From positions 185,988 through 249,987 of the forward strand of contig NMRA01000224.1 of assembly GCA_002633005.1 (NCBI GenBank): a stretch of 64,000 nt of DNA, given 5' to 3'. The DNA is from Phoronis australis (Eukaryota > Animalia > Phoronida). The notes under the pieces were generated by a model. The model made no database searches, was not told the origin of the DNA, and worked only from the letters and a program-made list of their open reading frames with translations. Made by a program: the position numbers and the translations under genes. Shown piece after piece: positions 12,150-24,712 of the stretch. Position 1 is the first letter of the stretch, and each line of letters opens with the position of its first letter.

Positions 12150-14438
12150 CTCATATACTGAATATTTTTATGAAGTTAACATTAGCAAGAGGATTCATTA
12201 GTAGACATACCATTGGACGCTGGGCGAAAGCAAAAGAAGTGCCTTGAGTATGCTCCCAAACAAACAGGCACAACTGATAGTACAATTATTACACTGGTAC
12301 AGTGTACGTCTGCCACTGTGATGGCTGCTGGTGAGTGAACAAACACAAACACATCCTTTCGTTCATATATTAAAACCAAATGAGGACGGTCACCATTACT
12401 TTCAAATAAAGTGAAGAATTACAACTAATATACAGAATATTCTACTTAGATGTTACACTTAACACTACAGCTATTAAAACACTAAACAACATCTTAAAGT
12501 GGCAATAAACCCACATTCACTCCAAGAAGCTAAATTTTGACTTCGACTCCTCCCTGCTGTAAAATTGGTCTCAACTTGTTCCTTACTCACACGACAAGTA
12601 ATTTTGGCCTTGCAAAAAACTGAAAGTTCGTTATTCCTTGAGACTAAGACATGCCGTGACAAGTAAAACTGTGGAGGGTGGTCTTGAGCAATAGTAAACT
12701 GACAAGCCCAGAAGTCGCACCTATTTTGACTTGAGAACATTTTCAGTGAAACCAACTTCACAATGTTAAGAAGTATGAATCAAAAATTGTTTTTGTGATT
12801 GAAAGTGGGTTTGCATTCGCTTTAAACTAATACCAGGGTGTTATCTTAATGCTAGGAGATGAATTTAGATGATCTCAACGGAAACACAAACATTGGTTAA
12901 TATACAGGAATTGTCAAACCACACCCAAAATAACAACAAAGGAAGCAGTTGAACAAAAAATACTTTCTTTATCAGTGGTTAGCGCCAAGACTGGGTAGAC
13001 TAATATCAGTAGCGTATTAGATGAAATGAGTGTTTCACAGTATCATGTAACAAATAAATAATTCAAAAACTGGTAATTCTAAAATAAAATACGGGGGTTT
13101 AATAAGACGGCACCGATTTGAAATTGTGCTATCTCCGATATTATACATTCTGAAGGAGTATACGACAACGTTCGATTACATAACTGATAGTAAGGCTTGA
13201 CAACTCATGTAACAAACGTTTTGTATCGGTCCTTTCCAGAGTTTACCGCCATTGGCTTTTATCCGTATGGTTCTCCCATTAAGGAGACTTTGTAATAAAT
13301 GTGCTCCATTTCCATTGAGAGACATGCTATCTTCCAGTAAAATACGTGTTTTGTAGGAACCTTGCGTCACTCGTTATATTTTAAGAAACGAAGTCACACA
13401 AAACTTTAGTAGCATTCACAGGTCACAGAACAAATTAAAACAAAATATCTCTTATAATAAGCAACACACTCTCCAAAGTAGTTGTGAGCCAGTTAGTTAC
13501 TCAACTAAGAGTGAATAACAAACGGAGAAACAACACACGTTACTGTGAAAATTCCAACATCGTGAACGATAAAAATTTTCATTTGTAAAAATTGGGTCAG
13601 TCCTTGCTTTTGAAACAAATGGAAAATTGCGAAATTAAGTTGAAAGTAATTTATATTGTGAAAGCAAGTTAATAGGGAAAGCTTCAATTCTTTTGAATAA
13701 AAAATTTCGCCAGTATCAATTCCAGAATTTTAAAAGCGTGTGGAATAGACATGGATGGAAGCGCCAAGACCAGAATGCACTTCCAGATAAAAACGAAATT
13801 ATTTCATAGGCAAATTTATGAGAACCATTTTACAGCAAGTTGACCTGCCACTGCATGTTTATGAACTGCCGACAAGACAATATAGGTATTTGAATGGCAC
13901 GAGAAAAAGAAATCCAAATATTATTAAGTAACGTCAGTAAGAAAGCGTAACTCACTCATAAACCAAACAAGATAGGGCAGATAAAATTAAATCAATTATC
14001 AAACCAACATTCACAGGATGTTTTTTAAAATCTTTGCTATGTCAATAATACCTTTTGTAACTTTTTTAACATGGAAAGTTTGAGTTTCAAAATGTTTGTG
14101 GCTAGACGCCCTCGCCAACTCGATTTATTCTAATTTGAAGTTTGAAATTTTGACTTGATCTAATTACAGTGGTACAAGACATTTTCATTTGCGTCATCAG
14201 TTCCAATTTCCTGTCGATTTGTAAAGGTGTTGTGCAGTTTTAACTAACTGTGAGAGTAAATTAAGAATGAATACCTCTGAAGGGAAATCGTGTAAACTTT
14301 ACAATTTGATGGCTTTGTAATTTAGTCATCCAACCGCACACCTCACCGAACACATGAATGTGTAGGGATGAATACTCACACGCATACTAACACAAACGAG
14401 CACACAAATGCACACAAGCAAGAAGACGCGTGACCTAC

Positions 14439-14490
14439 CGATACGATTCTTGACTTTAGGGCCAGTGTTGTCGCCTGGCTCTGGTTTAGG
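14439..14490 (-). CDS. DAG1: Dystroglycan exon 5 (PKPEPGDNTGPKVKNRI + G); last shared exon, first strand of the second cadherin-like domain
   Basis: Strong polypyrimidine acceptor cccttttctttgttcttctag|CCT, donor ATCG|GTAGGT, 52 nt, phase 0 in and phase 1 out. NTGPKVKNRI resembles the vertebrate NQRPELKNHI segment. Not in the ORF track. Confidence 0.88.
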
Positions 14491-14766
14491 CTAGAAGAAC
14501 AAAGAAAAGGGAAACTGAGGTCCAGAAAGAACTCTTTTCATCGTGACGAATACCGTATCCATCTTGGTGTGAACCCGGGGGGGGGGGGCAGAAAGAAGAA
14601 TGGGTTGATGCATAGGTAGGTTTGTGTTTAATATTCTTGAATGCCGAGACACAAGGCATAGTATACAATGACCTAGAATGACAATGAGAACTGTGCTTAG
14701 TCCAACACAATCTTGACATTAACGCATACAGTAGGAACCTGTTTCCTGTGGCAACCTGACACTCGC

Positions 14767-14991
14767 CTGCCCAGAACTAGCCTGCCTAGAACTAGCCTGC
14801 CCAGAACTAGCCTGCCCAGAACTAGCCTGCCCAGTGCTAGCCTGCCCAGGGCTAGCCTGCCCTGTGCTAGCCTGCCCAGTGCTAGCCTGCCCAGTGCTAG
14901 CCTGCCCAGTGCTAGCCTGCCCAGTGCTAGGCTGCTCTACCGTAGACTGCCCAGAGCTAGGCTGCTCCGTGCTAGCCTGCCCAGAGCTAGC
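14767..14991 (-). repeat. 15-bp minisatellite (GCTAGCACTGGGCAG) x15; candidate in-frame cassette exon
   Basis: 15 units, open in the phase-0 frame ((A/P)S(S/T)GQ repeats), bounded by cag| and CAG|GCGAGT. The confidence refers to the repeat; exon status is about 0.3. Confidence 0.9.
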
Positions 14992-15315
14992 CTGCCCAGC
15001 ACAGGGCACGGGCAAGAGAAGGCACTCAAATGCAAGAGGGGTGGAGTTTCACCTTAACAGGTGAGCTTACATGCGAAGAAAATAAAAAGTTCAGGGAAGG
15101 ATAATTCTTGGTCAGATACGTCAGATTGTGTTTCATTGAAGCTCAGTGTCCAGTCAGTTGATCCAAAATAGAGGTGACATATTATGTCTGAAATACTGTA
15201 TTATAGAAATTGTACATTATTCATAATTCATATAACCCATCGTTCGTTTCTGAAATTATCATGATAGATCTGATTGCCATACATGAACAGTTCAAAGAAC
15301 TCTACACTATCATAC

Positions 15316-15516
15316 CGTAGTGGCTCTGGTGGGTTTGGTTGGTCGAGTGGGTCGTGTGGGTCGTGTGGGCATCTTGGGCGTTCTCCGTGTGGTGGGTTCA
15401 GGTTCCGGCGTCATACGGGGGGTGGTGGGCATCACTTTGGGTGTTGGCTTCACCGTGACAACGACATCGGCTGTTCTCATGGGAGTCGGCTGTGCTGTTG
15501 GCATGACAACTGGAGC
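15316..15516 (-). CDS. DAG1: Dystroglycan mucin exon 4 (P/T/R/K-rich)
   Basis: Acceptor tgtgttaattccag|GCT, donor ACG|GTATGA, 201 nt, phase 0/0. Encodes APVVMPTAQPTP...PTRPTRPTKPTRATT. Confidence 0.9.
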
Positions 15517-15915
15517 CTGGAATTAACACAAAGTTTAAAACGTGAATGAGACTATTAATAATGTTTCATAATGAGTAGTATTCAAATGGTACGTCAAAAG
15601 CCAAGAGCTTCAGTATCCCACTGAACTTATAAACAGTGGAATGTTTGCTTTGGATTGTTCCTCACTGCATGAACAACAGAGGGTGCTGGAGAGCTAGACA
15701 CACCACACTGAGACTTCGCTAAGAATGTCATTGGGCGACTGGCTCATCACAGTGAAAATCTCATCTAGAACTAACTCAGTTCACAGAGTCAAGTCACAGA
15801 TACATTCATTTAACTTCATTTCATCGGCAGTGTAATTCACTAATGCCGCAAGTATAAACTGAATATATTAAAAAGCTATTAAACGTAATCAGACACTAAA
15901 GGTGTATATACATAT

Positions 15916-15954
<39 letters not shown>
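15916..15954. repeat. (TA)n(TG)n microsatellite
   Basis: Direct inspection. Confidence 0.95.
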
Positions 15955-15984
15955 ATTTAACAAACCCAATCTGAGACTGCTTAC

Positions 15985-16053
15985 CTTAGATGACATTTCA
16001 GGGGCGACTGTCGTCATTACTTGAACTCTTGTAGGCCGGATGGGCCCAATTGC
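15985..16053 (-). CDS. DAG1: Dystroglycan mucin exon 3 (AIGPIRPTRVQVMTTVAPEMSSK)
   Basis: Acceptor tttccttaccgcag|GCA, donor AAG|GTAAGC, 69 nt, symmetric phase 0, P/T-rich. Confidence 0.75.
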
Positions 16054-17312
16054 CTGCGGTAAGGAAATATATATTAATTGTAGATAGTCCTTCAACACAG
16101 AAAATAGCACTAGAGGGCACTGGTCCTACTTCAAAACAGACTAGCAAAGGTCACGTTAACGATTATTATCATACCAACCAATCACTAAATCAAGTAAACA
16201 CAGGGAGTGTTCCGTAAGGCTATTTTCTTGCAAGTTAAGTTTGCAAAACTTTAGGAAACAGGATCCTGTTGTAAGGCTTAGGTTTCGCAATTATACTTGT
16301 GACCTCAAGATAACAACTGAAATGAATGGTTAGCAAAGCTGGAACACTTGGAATTGTGGAGAAAAGTAATGTACTATAATTTCTGTTGTAAAAGACATGA
16401 TAATTTCCTGTGAGTGCCTAGCTTTATAAAATGTCCCCCATGTAGTTCACTTAATTTCCTGTTAGTTTCTCATCAAGCTGATGGCCCTGAGTATCAATAA
16501 ACCAACTGTGTTCCAGCCAATAGTGTTGCCTCTCTACACGTCCACGATGACACCAACGAAAGACTAACTTAATCAGCAAGTCATGCGAGACCCCAAGTAA
16601 CACCGGTTAGTTCGCCTAACATTGTGTTAGCGTAGCCGTGTTTAATAAACTGCACTATACGGCAAATGCAAGTCTGATTTGTACAGTTGCTTTCAAAAAG
16701 ACAGTATCTCTTTACATTATATTTCACCTGTTTTCTTTCTTGGTTTTTGCAACAACTTCTATAGCGAACCAAGTTGTACAAATCCAACAACTTATGAAAA
16801 CCACTTATAATCTTGCAAATGGAGAAATTGTAAAATTGTAAAATCAATTGTTAGGATAACACAAAGCAGGTGGTACATATGATGCAGTCCAGGCTGTGAG
16901 CCAGACTTTCCACAGACACAGGATCAAGTCAACTAGTCATTGAAGACATGTCTACCTTCCAACCAAGGCCTTAAATCCTTCAATGTTGGGGCAAAGTATT
17001 GGCCCCATTGCCTCTGAAAATATTGAAAAATCACGCAAAATTCCCCACATGAGGCCCAAAAACTCCCCTCAATTGATTGAAAAATTCCCCTCGAGGCTCC
17101 AATCACTTGTAACTTACACAGGTGACAATTTGAAAGAGCACAAAATGTTAATTTTGGCTACTTGAGGCAGACCCTATGAGGGCTCGCAGCAGAGTGGAGG
17201 GTGTTATTGATGGTGATCAGGAGGTAGAATTTTCCCCTCACCCTAAAAATTCCCCTCTCAGAAGGCACAGGCACTCCTTTCCCTCGGATGAACGAGGGCT
17301 TTGCCAACTTAC

Positions 17313-18029
17313 CGATTTTGTTCTGTCCACATCCATAGTGGGCACTACGGCTTTGGTAGGTGGCACCTGAGGCCCGATGGGCGTGGCTGTGGCCTGGATC
17401 TGACGTTTCAGCCTCCTCGTGGGTTTCACCAATTTATTGCTGGTCACGTGCCATCCCAAAATATTGTGTCCGATGGCGGCCGACATGGCGCCGTTCTGAG
17501 CCTTGGACTCCACATCTTCTAGGATCTTTAGGTGATCTTTGTGCACTGACCCGCATCCGATAGTCCAGGATATAAATGCTCCAGGGTGTTTTGGTTTCAT
17601 AGCATCCCCTCGTCCTGCCACAATAGCCGTCTTATCAAAAAGAGGCTTATTTCCCACAGGTAACATTGTTAAGAAGTCTTCCGTCAGTTTCAGATGTTTC
17701 ACCATCTTACTTATAAGGTCAACTTTGCTTGATGGTAACAGCTTATTAAGATCAGTGTCTACCACAACTGTAACCATGGTGACAGCCTCATTAGGCTGAC
17801 ACGTGATTGGCTGCAGCGTGTTAGCACTAGGATTGTCTTGCTGGGATTGGCGGGTTCTCTCCACCACACTAATACTGAAGACATCTTGTGCCCGCCCCCC
17901 TGTGCCATCTGCCCTGACCTGAATGTAGTACTCCCCCAGATCCTGATGACTAGGGACACCTGAGAGTGTGTGAGTTTTCCCATCATACATCAACCAAGAT
18001 GGCAACTGGTCACCATTTCCCTCCGTAAC
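17313..18029 (-). CDS. DAG1: Dystroglycan coding exon 2 (rest of Ig-like domain, S6-like domain, furin site, start of mucin region)
   Basis: Acceptor ttttgtttcag|GTT, donor TCG|GTAAGT, 717 nt, phase 0/0. Motifs LPSWL..D, LSGVP...DLGEYYIQVRA, ISWTIGCG, GWHV, furin site RRLKR followed by QIQATATP. Confidence 0.95.
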
Positions 18030-19004
18030 CTGAAACAAAAATCGCGCTATTTAGTAGAGATTCTACATTCAGCAAACTGTTGCAAGGAGTTCATCATTTA
18101 ATAATAAATGACATTTCTAACATTAACCTTTATTTATTTTCTAATGTCCATTAGTCATTGGTTTTATTTTTATTATTATACTACATGCATCACTTATCAA
18201 TAATTTTACAATTGCACACGTCAAACAAAAAGATACCAAGTTCAATTACAGGAAACGTTCAGAGCAAAAACAACAGCTGACGAAATTAAGCTTAGAAACC
18301 AGTCTGAAGCTATGACAACCACATGAATTAACTAACCAGATATGCAGACCACAGGCATTTACCTTAACCACACAACCACTAGAGGGCAGTGGATACCCCA
18401 TGGACAGACTTGCATCTGCCAATTGGTAGGACGATGGCCAATCACTGTGAACGTTATGAAATATAATTTCTTATAAATACAATTTCTTTTTTCAACATGG
18501 AGCCAACATTACCAGATTTCAAACAAACTTTTCCCACATTTCTTGAATAAGCTATCCCAGCAGCAAGTTACGAGATAAATTACTTGTTCTCAATTTGGCA
18601 ATAGTAAAAACTGATCAACAGAGCAGGCCAGACACAAATATGGAGAATAAATCAAGACAAAGACTGTCACAGCTGTCCACTGCCCAGTAAGTATTGCACT
18701 GCCCACTACACTTGAACTGAGGCAGTCAAAGGCTGAAGTAAAGAACCTAACATAGCACAAAAAGCAAGATCAAATTTGTGGTAACTGCCTAAAGCCCACA
18801 CCTAAAGAGAGTCAATTTCCAGGCTTTGTAAGTAATCATCTTGGATACAGCTAAGGTCACATTCTAATCTGACACTATCAGAGTTGAATGACTAGAATTA
18901 CACACCAGCCAGACAGATAAGTGACCTCTTGAGGGCCTGGCTTTTGTGTTGAGCTGAAGAGCAAGCACCTAACATCCATTGTCGTCCTGACATCATCTCC
19001 GACA

Positions 19005-19112
19005 ACAGATAGTAGTCACTTCATTCTGATCACTAGTTTTTAACAAAACTAGCCCCTACAGATAGTAGTCACTTCATTCTGATCACTAGTTTTTAACAAA
19101 ACTAGCCCCTAC
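19005..19112. repeat. 53-bp tandem duplication
   Basis: acagatagtagtcacttcattctgatcactagtttttaacaaaactagcccct occurs twice. Confidence 0.9.
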
Positions 19113-20582
19113 GGAAATGGAAAGCTGTCACTAGAAATTAAATGACCTTCAGTAAACCCTTACTGCTCCACTGTCATCACCATTTTCAACTTCAGTGATT
19201 TTACAGCAAATTAAGTGAAGTTTAGCCATTTCAAAGTCAGGAAATCCAGATTGGATTGATTAACTGATAAGGAACTAAATTGGATAAGCTTTAAAATACC
19301 CAGCTGTGAACCATAGCAATAGCAAGGACAATAGACAGCTAGGACAAATACATTGGTTGGCTTTCTCTTAGTTGCCACAACAATGCTTTGTACCAATCTC
19401 AAAGAGGAGGTTCTGCAGGCTTGTGCACAAAAGTACCAAAAATGACTGATAATCCAATAAGTCGCATTTCACCCTCTTGAGCTAGCTAAACAAGGCAATT
19501 CAAATAAGGGCTTTTACTTTTTTAAAATCAGTCTCGTAATATTCCTTACCGTGATAGGACTGCGTTTCCAATATACCAAAATTAAGCCTTCCAAACCATC
19601 CCTTTTTAAGTAGGTTGGCTAACCAAAAAATTGCGGATTCGAAAATGGTGGGTTTACGCATTGCCTACGACAAGATGTGGGGATTGAGGAAACAATTTAA
19701 AAACATTATCAGCTAAACATGGGCAAAATGCAGCTTCAAGTAATCTACCACAAGGGTGAGCCACTAAACTAAGTCTCCAAAAACAGTATTAAGTTGCTAG
19801 AGTTGACCATCAGTCAGACAGCATTGCACAGTTTTTTAACTTATCCACTGCAGGGGGTGCTCTCTAGACTTTTTTTGACTAATTGATAGTGTAGAGTGCT
19901 AAAGGCAGCCAGACTTGTCTAAATGAACATCAGACATTGGGAAGTGGATAAGGTGGGGTGATATTTATGTGTGACAATTTGGCAGAAACATAAGTACATT
20001 GGCAATGTAGCTGGAGTTCCAAAAAAACGTTTAACTGCCCAATATCACATGCAAGTTGCAAATTTTGAAAATAATAGCCAGCGTGACACGTATCCTTCTA
20101 AAAAAGGAATGACAAAGTGCCAGTCATACGAACAAACAAAAAATGCCCACTAGCTAAAATTTAATTTATCCCAGACATTTGGGTTAACACTCAGGGCATT
20201 TAGACTGAAGAAATAAAAAATCAAGCGAGGGCGTTCAATTGAACACAACAGAACAGAGTTGCTTATGAGTGAAATTTCGTGAACTTGGGATGTCACAGAA
20301 AATGTAGCCGTTAACAAGAATGGATATGGTGTAAATTTCAAAAACTGTTGATAGATAACAAGTCTAATGGCATGGCATCGCTTGATAAAAGTTGATCGTA
20401 AAATAATTTGCCAAACTTCCTTTCTCCACAACAATACCATGAACCCCAGTTCAAAACTGAGCACACACACGACGTGCATGGTCGAGCCACCTAATAAACA
20501 TATTCGTTTCTGTAAATGAATTCAATCAAAATTTAGAAGCAGAAGTAGTACAAGTCATGACAGAATTTCAGTTTAGATTACA

Positions 20583-20796
20583 ACATCTTGAGCAGTCGAC
20601 ATCTCGAGCAGTCAACATCTCGAGCAGTCCACATCTCGAGCAGTCGACATCTCGAGCAGTCGACATCTCGAGCAGTCCACATCTCGAGCAGTCCACATCT
20701 CGAGCAGTCCACATCTCGAGCAGTCCACATCTCGAGCAGTCCACATCTCGAGCAGTCCACATCTCGAGCAGTCCACATCTCGAGCAGTCGACATCT
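20583..20796. repeat. 16-bp minisatellite (acatctcgagcagtcc/g), ~13 copies
   Basis: Direct periodicity; accounts for the five overlapping repetitive ORFs. Confidence 0.95.
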
Positions 20797-23700
20797 TGTG
20801 TAAACACCTAGAGCAGTCCTACAATTTGAGAACCAGTTTTCTCCATGGAATAACAGGCATCAAACTTGTTCTCAAACTGTGGGGACGGTATTACCATGGA
20901 GATCTACCAGAACAACAGAACATTCCTGTCCATTTTCTGGTTGGTTAAGCTGAGTTAAACACAAATCATGGGACAGACAGCTCGACTAACAGGGACCAAC
21001 ACACTCAACAGACGGACCACAGAAAAGCCTCACATATCAAAATAATCCTAGATCCATGGGAACTAGGCACACTCCCTTCTGGAATGCACATCCTAATGCT
21101 AAGAAAAATAATTTCAGAAGCCAAACAAGCAATCTTGGGCCTTAAAACAACTGAGCTGTCACTGATGTCAACAACATAATTGGAGTTGGTGTTTAGGCCA
21201 GACCACTGTCAAAAATGACGAAGAAATTCCACAAGGAACTTGTCAGCTTGATTAAGACTTGTTTTCTCTGAAAACCACTGTCTAGCTGTACTCCTGGGGT
21301 GGGCATGAGGCCTATGACCAAGATGAAAAACCAAATTTTCATCAAAACCTACAGTATGTGCTTCGTTTAAGTTTAAAGAAGTAAAAATAATCTAATAGTA
21401 TGACTTACCCATAGTATTATGATAACCACTACAACCGTTATTACCAAGTACATGCACTGAGTAGTTACAAGCATATGAAGACCGATTCAGAAACATTAAC
21501 ACAACTTGTATTGGCATATTTGAGGAAACTTCACTTTCGAAAAAAAAATAATTGCCAAAACTGATTTATTTTATATTTTACTTTTCAAAGGCTTCTGAAA
21601 TTGTTGACTGACAGAATAGAAAAATAATGAAAAACATTTATATCGTGCTACTACATCTTATATGAAAAAAATGAAATTTCCAAAATTGGCGACGTTTTAC
21701 CATATGTATTTCACAATAAAAGGCAGGAAATATGAAGTTGGAGAACTCCTCGTTCCGTAACATAAACCATCATTCAGATAGTTAGCATCAACAGTGCCCC
21801 CTTTTAAGCATATCAAGATATTCAGTCCCAAAAAGAAAAGCACAAGGGTACTCGTCTATTTGAAATTACCATAAAGAGTAAAAATACAGCTTAGGATGAG
21901 AATTTCATCCCTCCTAATTTTATCAGCCAACTTCACAGTGACCATTCAGCCTATTACATTTTAGGATAACAAGACTGAAACCTTTGCCAACAAACCTCTA
22001 AGGCTCGGAGCGTTTTAGAGTCAGTGACTTAATTGCAGGAATAACGGAACGAGAACAAAGAATAGTTTCTCCATTTCCATAATTCAAATCATTAGGGCAG
22101 AGAAAATGCATTTAATGGGCGATGGAATGAGATGTCGTAATTCCACAGTGAACTCTGCGCGACCTCAAGATGAACTCTCAAGTGTTAAAACCACAGCAAC
22201 ACTGTGTCCACGATGATGACACCTTTATGATTTTCATTGAATAAACAAGTATTTTACGGACCAATCTGTTACTCTGAATTCTGCTGAAGTACCAATGCAA
22301 ACAGTCTGAGCTGAGCACGTCACCTCATTTAATGAACTTCACGTGTACAAAATCTTGCATTGTTGAACGCCAGAAGTGACATGTATCAGGAGAAGCAGAC
22401 GACTGGCAAGTTTCCACTTTTCACACTCCACATTAAATAATACCGGAAATTCTTCAATTTATTTTAATTAAATTACTACTTGCATGTAAATGCAACAACT
22501 TCCAGAGACCTGGAAACACATATTTTTGGGCTGTCGGTTGTGGGTACACACTATTATGAGCCAAGAGAGTTGTATTCTTACACTTGTAAAATGTTAGTCT
22601 CTTGATCAATTTTCTGCTAGGTGACACCATTCAGAAGCCCAGGAAACTATCTTTTATTACATAAAGTAACCTTTAGCGGAAACACACAGAGGAAGGAAGT
22701 GCAAAAAAATGCAAAAAAAAGGTGTTAAAAATGGGAACGCTCATGTTATACCAAAAACAAAGAGCTAAATAATATAAAGGAGTAACTTTTTTCTTCTAGT
22801 CATGTCAGATGTTATTCAGCAAAAAAATCTTTAACAACGTTGAGATATTCAAAGTCTAACTCTGATGTTATTAAAGAAGAAACTACCAATCGCTCAACTG
22901 CAAATGTAGGATGAGATCCCGGCATCAATTATTTCCCAATAATAAATTGCCGGCATCAGAAAAAGATCAACTAAAGAGAGCAGGCAATAATAATAGACAG
23001 AGGAAAGTACAATAAGCCATCATTTATGAAAAAAAAACTCCACTGTAACATTAATAGAGTGCTGCACGAGGTCACTTGAGGATAGTGTGAAACAGGTCAG
23101 GAAGAAAAATGTGTGTTAATGAATGAGGTGCTCCATGATGTCCTTCCATCAATAGGAAACAGGTGAATAAACCAGCACTGCAATGTTCGCATGTAAACTG
23201 GACGTTTATCAAAAAAGAAATTAACTGTCAATCCTTTCAACACATCACTGTAAGATTACAAACCCAAAGTCACTGTACTTAGAAGTGAACGCATGCATGC
23301 GTGTGAAAAAAACTCGAGGCACTCGAATGCACTTGGTAGGACCTAATAACTTAAAAGAGTTCAAGATAGGAGGTCAATAGACTTCAGTCATCCAACGACG
23401 GTCTGATTGATGCCAACTAAGTGCCACGGCACAGCCTCATTATGGAGATACTGACTAGCCAACTACGCCACCAGAATAAAAGATAGCTGGGTAGAAAGAA
23501 TTGCCGGAGTGCTACTAGAGGCCTGATTGCTACTAGAGCCAATTATTCTTCCCACACATATCTCCAGTGAAGAACCAACACATACAGCACATGCCAAAAA
23601 AATCAAGATAAAATACCGCCTCCTAGTCATGACACCTAATTTTGTTAGCAGCAAAAGTGACTGGTAACAACTACAAAGATGGCTAAGCTTTTAATTACAG

Positions 23701-24367
23701 AGCGGTTTAGCCACCTTACTAATTTTCCTTTTCATTCCTCTTTATTCTTGGTCATATGGCACGGTTTCTCTGACAATGAATTCGGGCTTCTGCCCATGGC
23801 TTCTGCCCAGCCAGTTATGACTGGAAATTTCGGTTCATTTTTGTCCGAATACTTTTGTCTTAAACTGTATATGTGGTATGCTCCCAATATGGGTGAGCAA
23901 GTCTGCCCCTCAAATGAGGCGTGACCAACAAGTCAAGGGTGACCAAGCCAGGTTTGTTTAACAGTTAATGGCTCATCCCATCTGAGCATGCCCAGTGACA
24001 GGGTTCATCAACACTGCCATACTGGATCACTAGCGAGCACAACTCACGCACAGTATTTTCCGATTTCAATGACTAGAACAGAAGATTCCAATACATTTAC
24101 AGTCAGTTTCTCTCATTGACAATGACAATTCCAATTCCTGAGTTCATGGTAAATTAGAATCATCGCCAGCAATTAATCGACTGATGTTTGGCGGTATTAA
24201 ACACAAGTAAAGGACTAAGTTTCCATGGTATAGCAGCCATTATTCCATATTGAATCCTGTATTGAATTAAGTGACTAGTCCAAACAATTAATTAATCTTA
24301 AATGACAACCAGTTAACTTTTCACTTTTAACAGGTTAGTCAGAAGCCAACTGTCAGACGTTACTCAC

Positions 24368-24649
24368 CGTGAGTTGACGCACATCGCCTTTGAATGTGTC
24401 TGATGGGATTATGAACTTGAACACTTTACCAACAACTGCTTGTCTGTCCTTGAGAGCATTCTGCAGCACGATCTGAGGTTTGATGGCGTCGCCCTTTGGT
24501 TGGTCAGCAGAACTAACAAGTTGTTCAATGTCACTGGTCACAGCACCAGCCGTGCACAAGCACAAACACAGTATTGCCATTAACACTAGCACAGTCTGTT
24601 TCTGCAACTCCGTCCTATTGAAGCCACACCTCTTGGTATCGGCAGCCAT
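24368..24649 (-). CDS. DAG1: Dystroglycan coding exon 1 (signal peptide and start of N-terminal cadherin/Ig-like domain); the exon including 5'UTR starts at 24720
   Basis: ATG, hydrophobic signal-like segment VLVLMAILCLCLCTAGA, then AVVGKVFKFIIPSDTF (dystroglycan N-terminal motif). Donor ACG|GTGAGT, phase 0. Upstream acceptor ttttgtgctcttgcag| at 24720. Confidence 0.9.
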
Positions 24650-24671
24650 ATTTGATGAGTTTCTCTCTTGG

Positions 24672-24712
24672 TCACCAGGAATGATGGTCGGACATCAAAG
24701 TCAAAATGCCAT
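24672..24712 (-). promoter_or_regulatory. Two short uORFs in the dystroglycan 5'UTR
   Basis: ATG GCA TTT TGA (24712-24701) and ATG TCC GAC CAT CAT TCC TGG TGA (24695-24672) lie between the acceptor (24720) and the main ATG (24649). Confidence 0.55.

Noticed and set aside
16933-17013. Possible extra minus-strand exon (ttttcag|AG GCA ATG GGG CCA ATA; AMGPI resembles exon 3 AIGPI)
   Set aside because: The similarity covers only five codons, and the nearby donor (AAG|GTAGAC) does not give a phase-0 symmetric exon from either AG.
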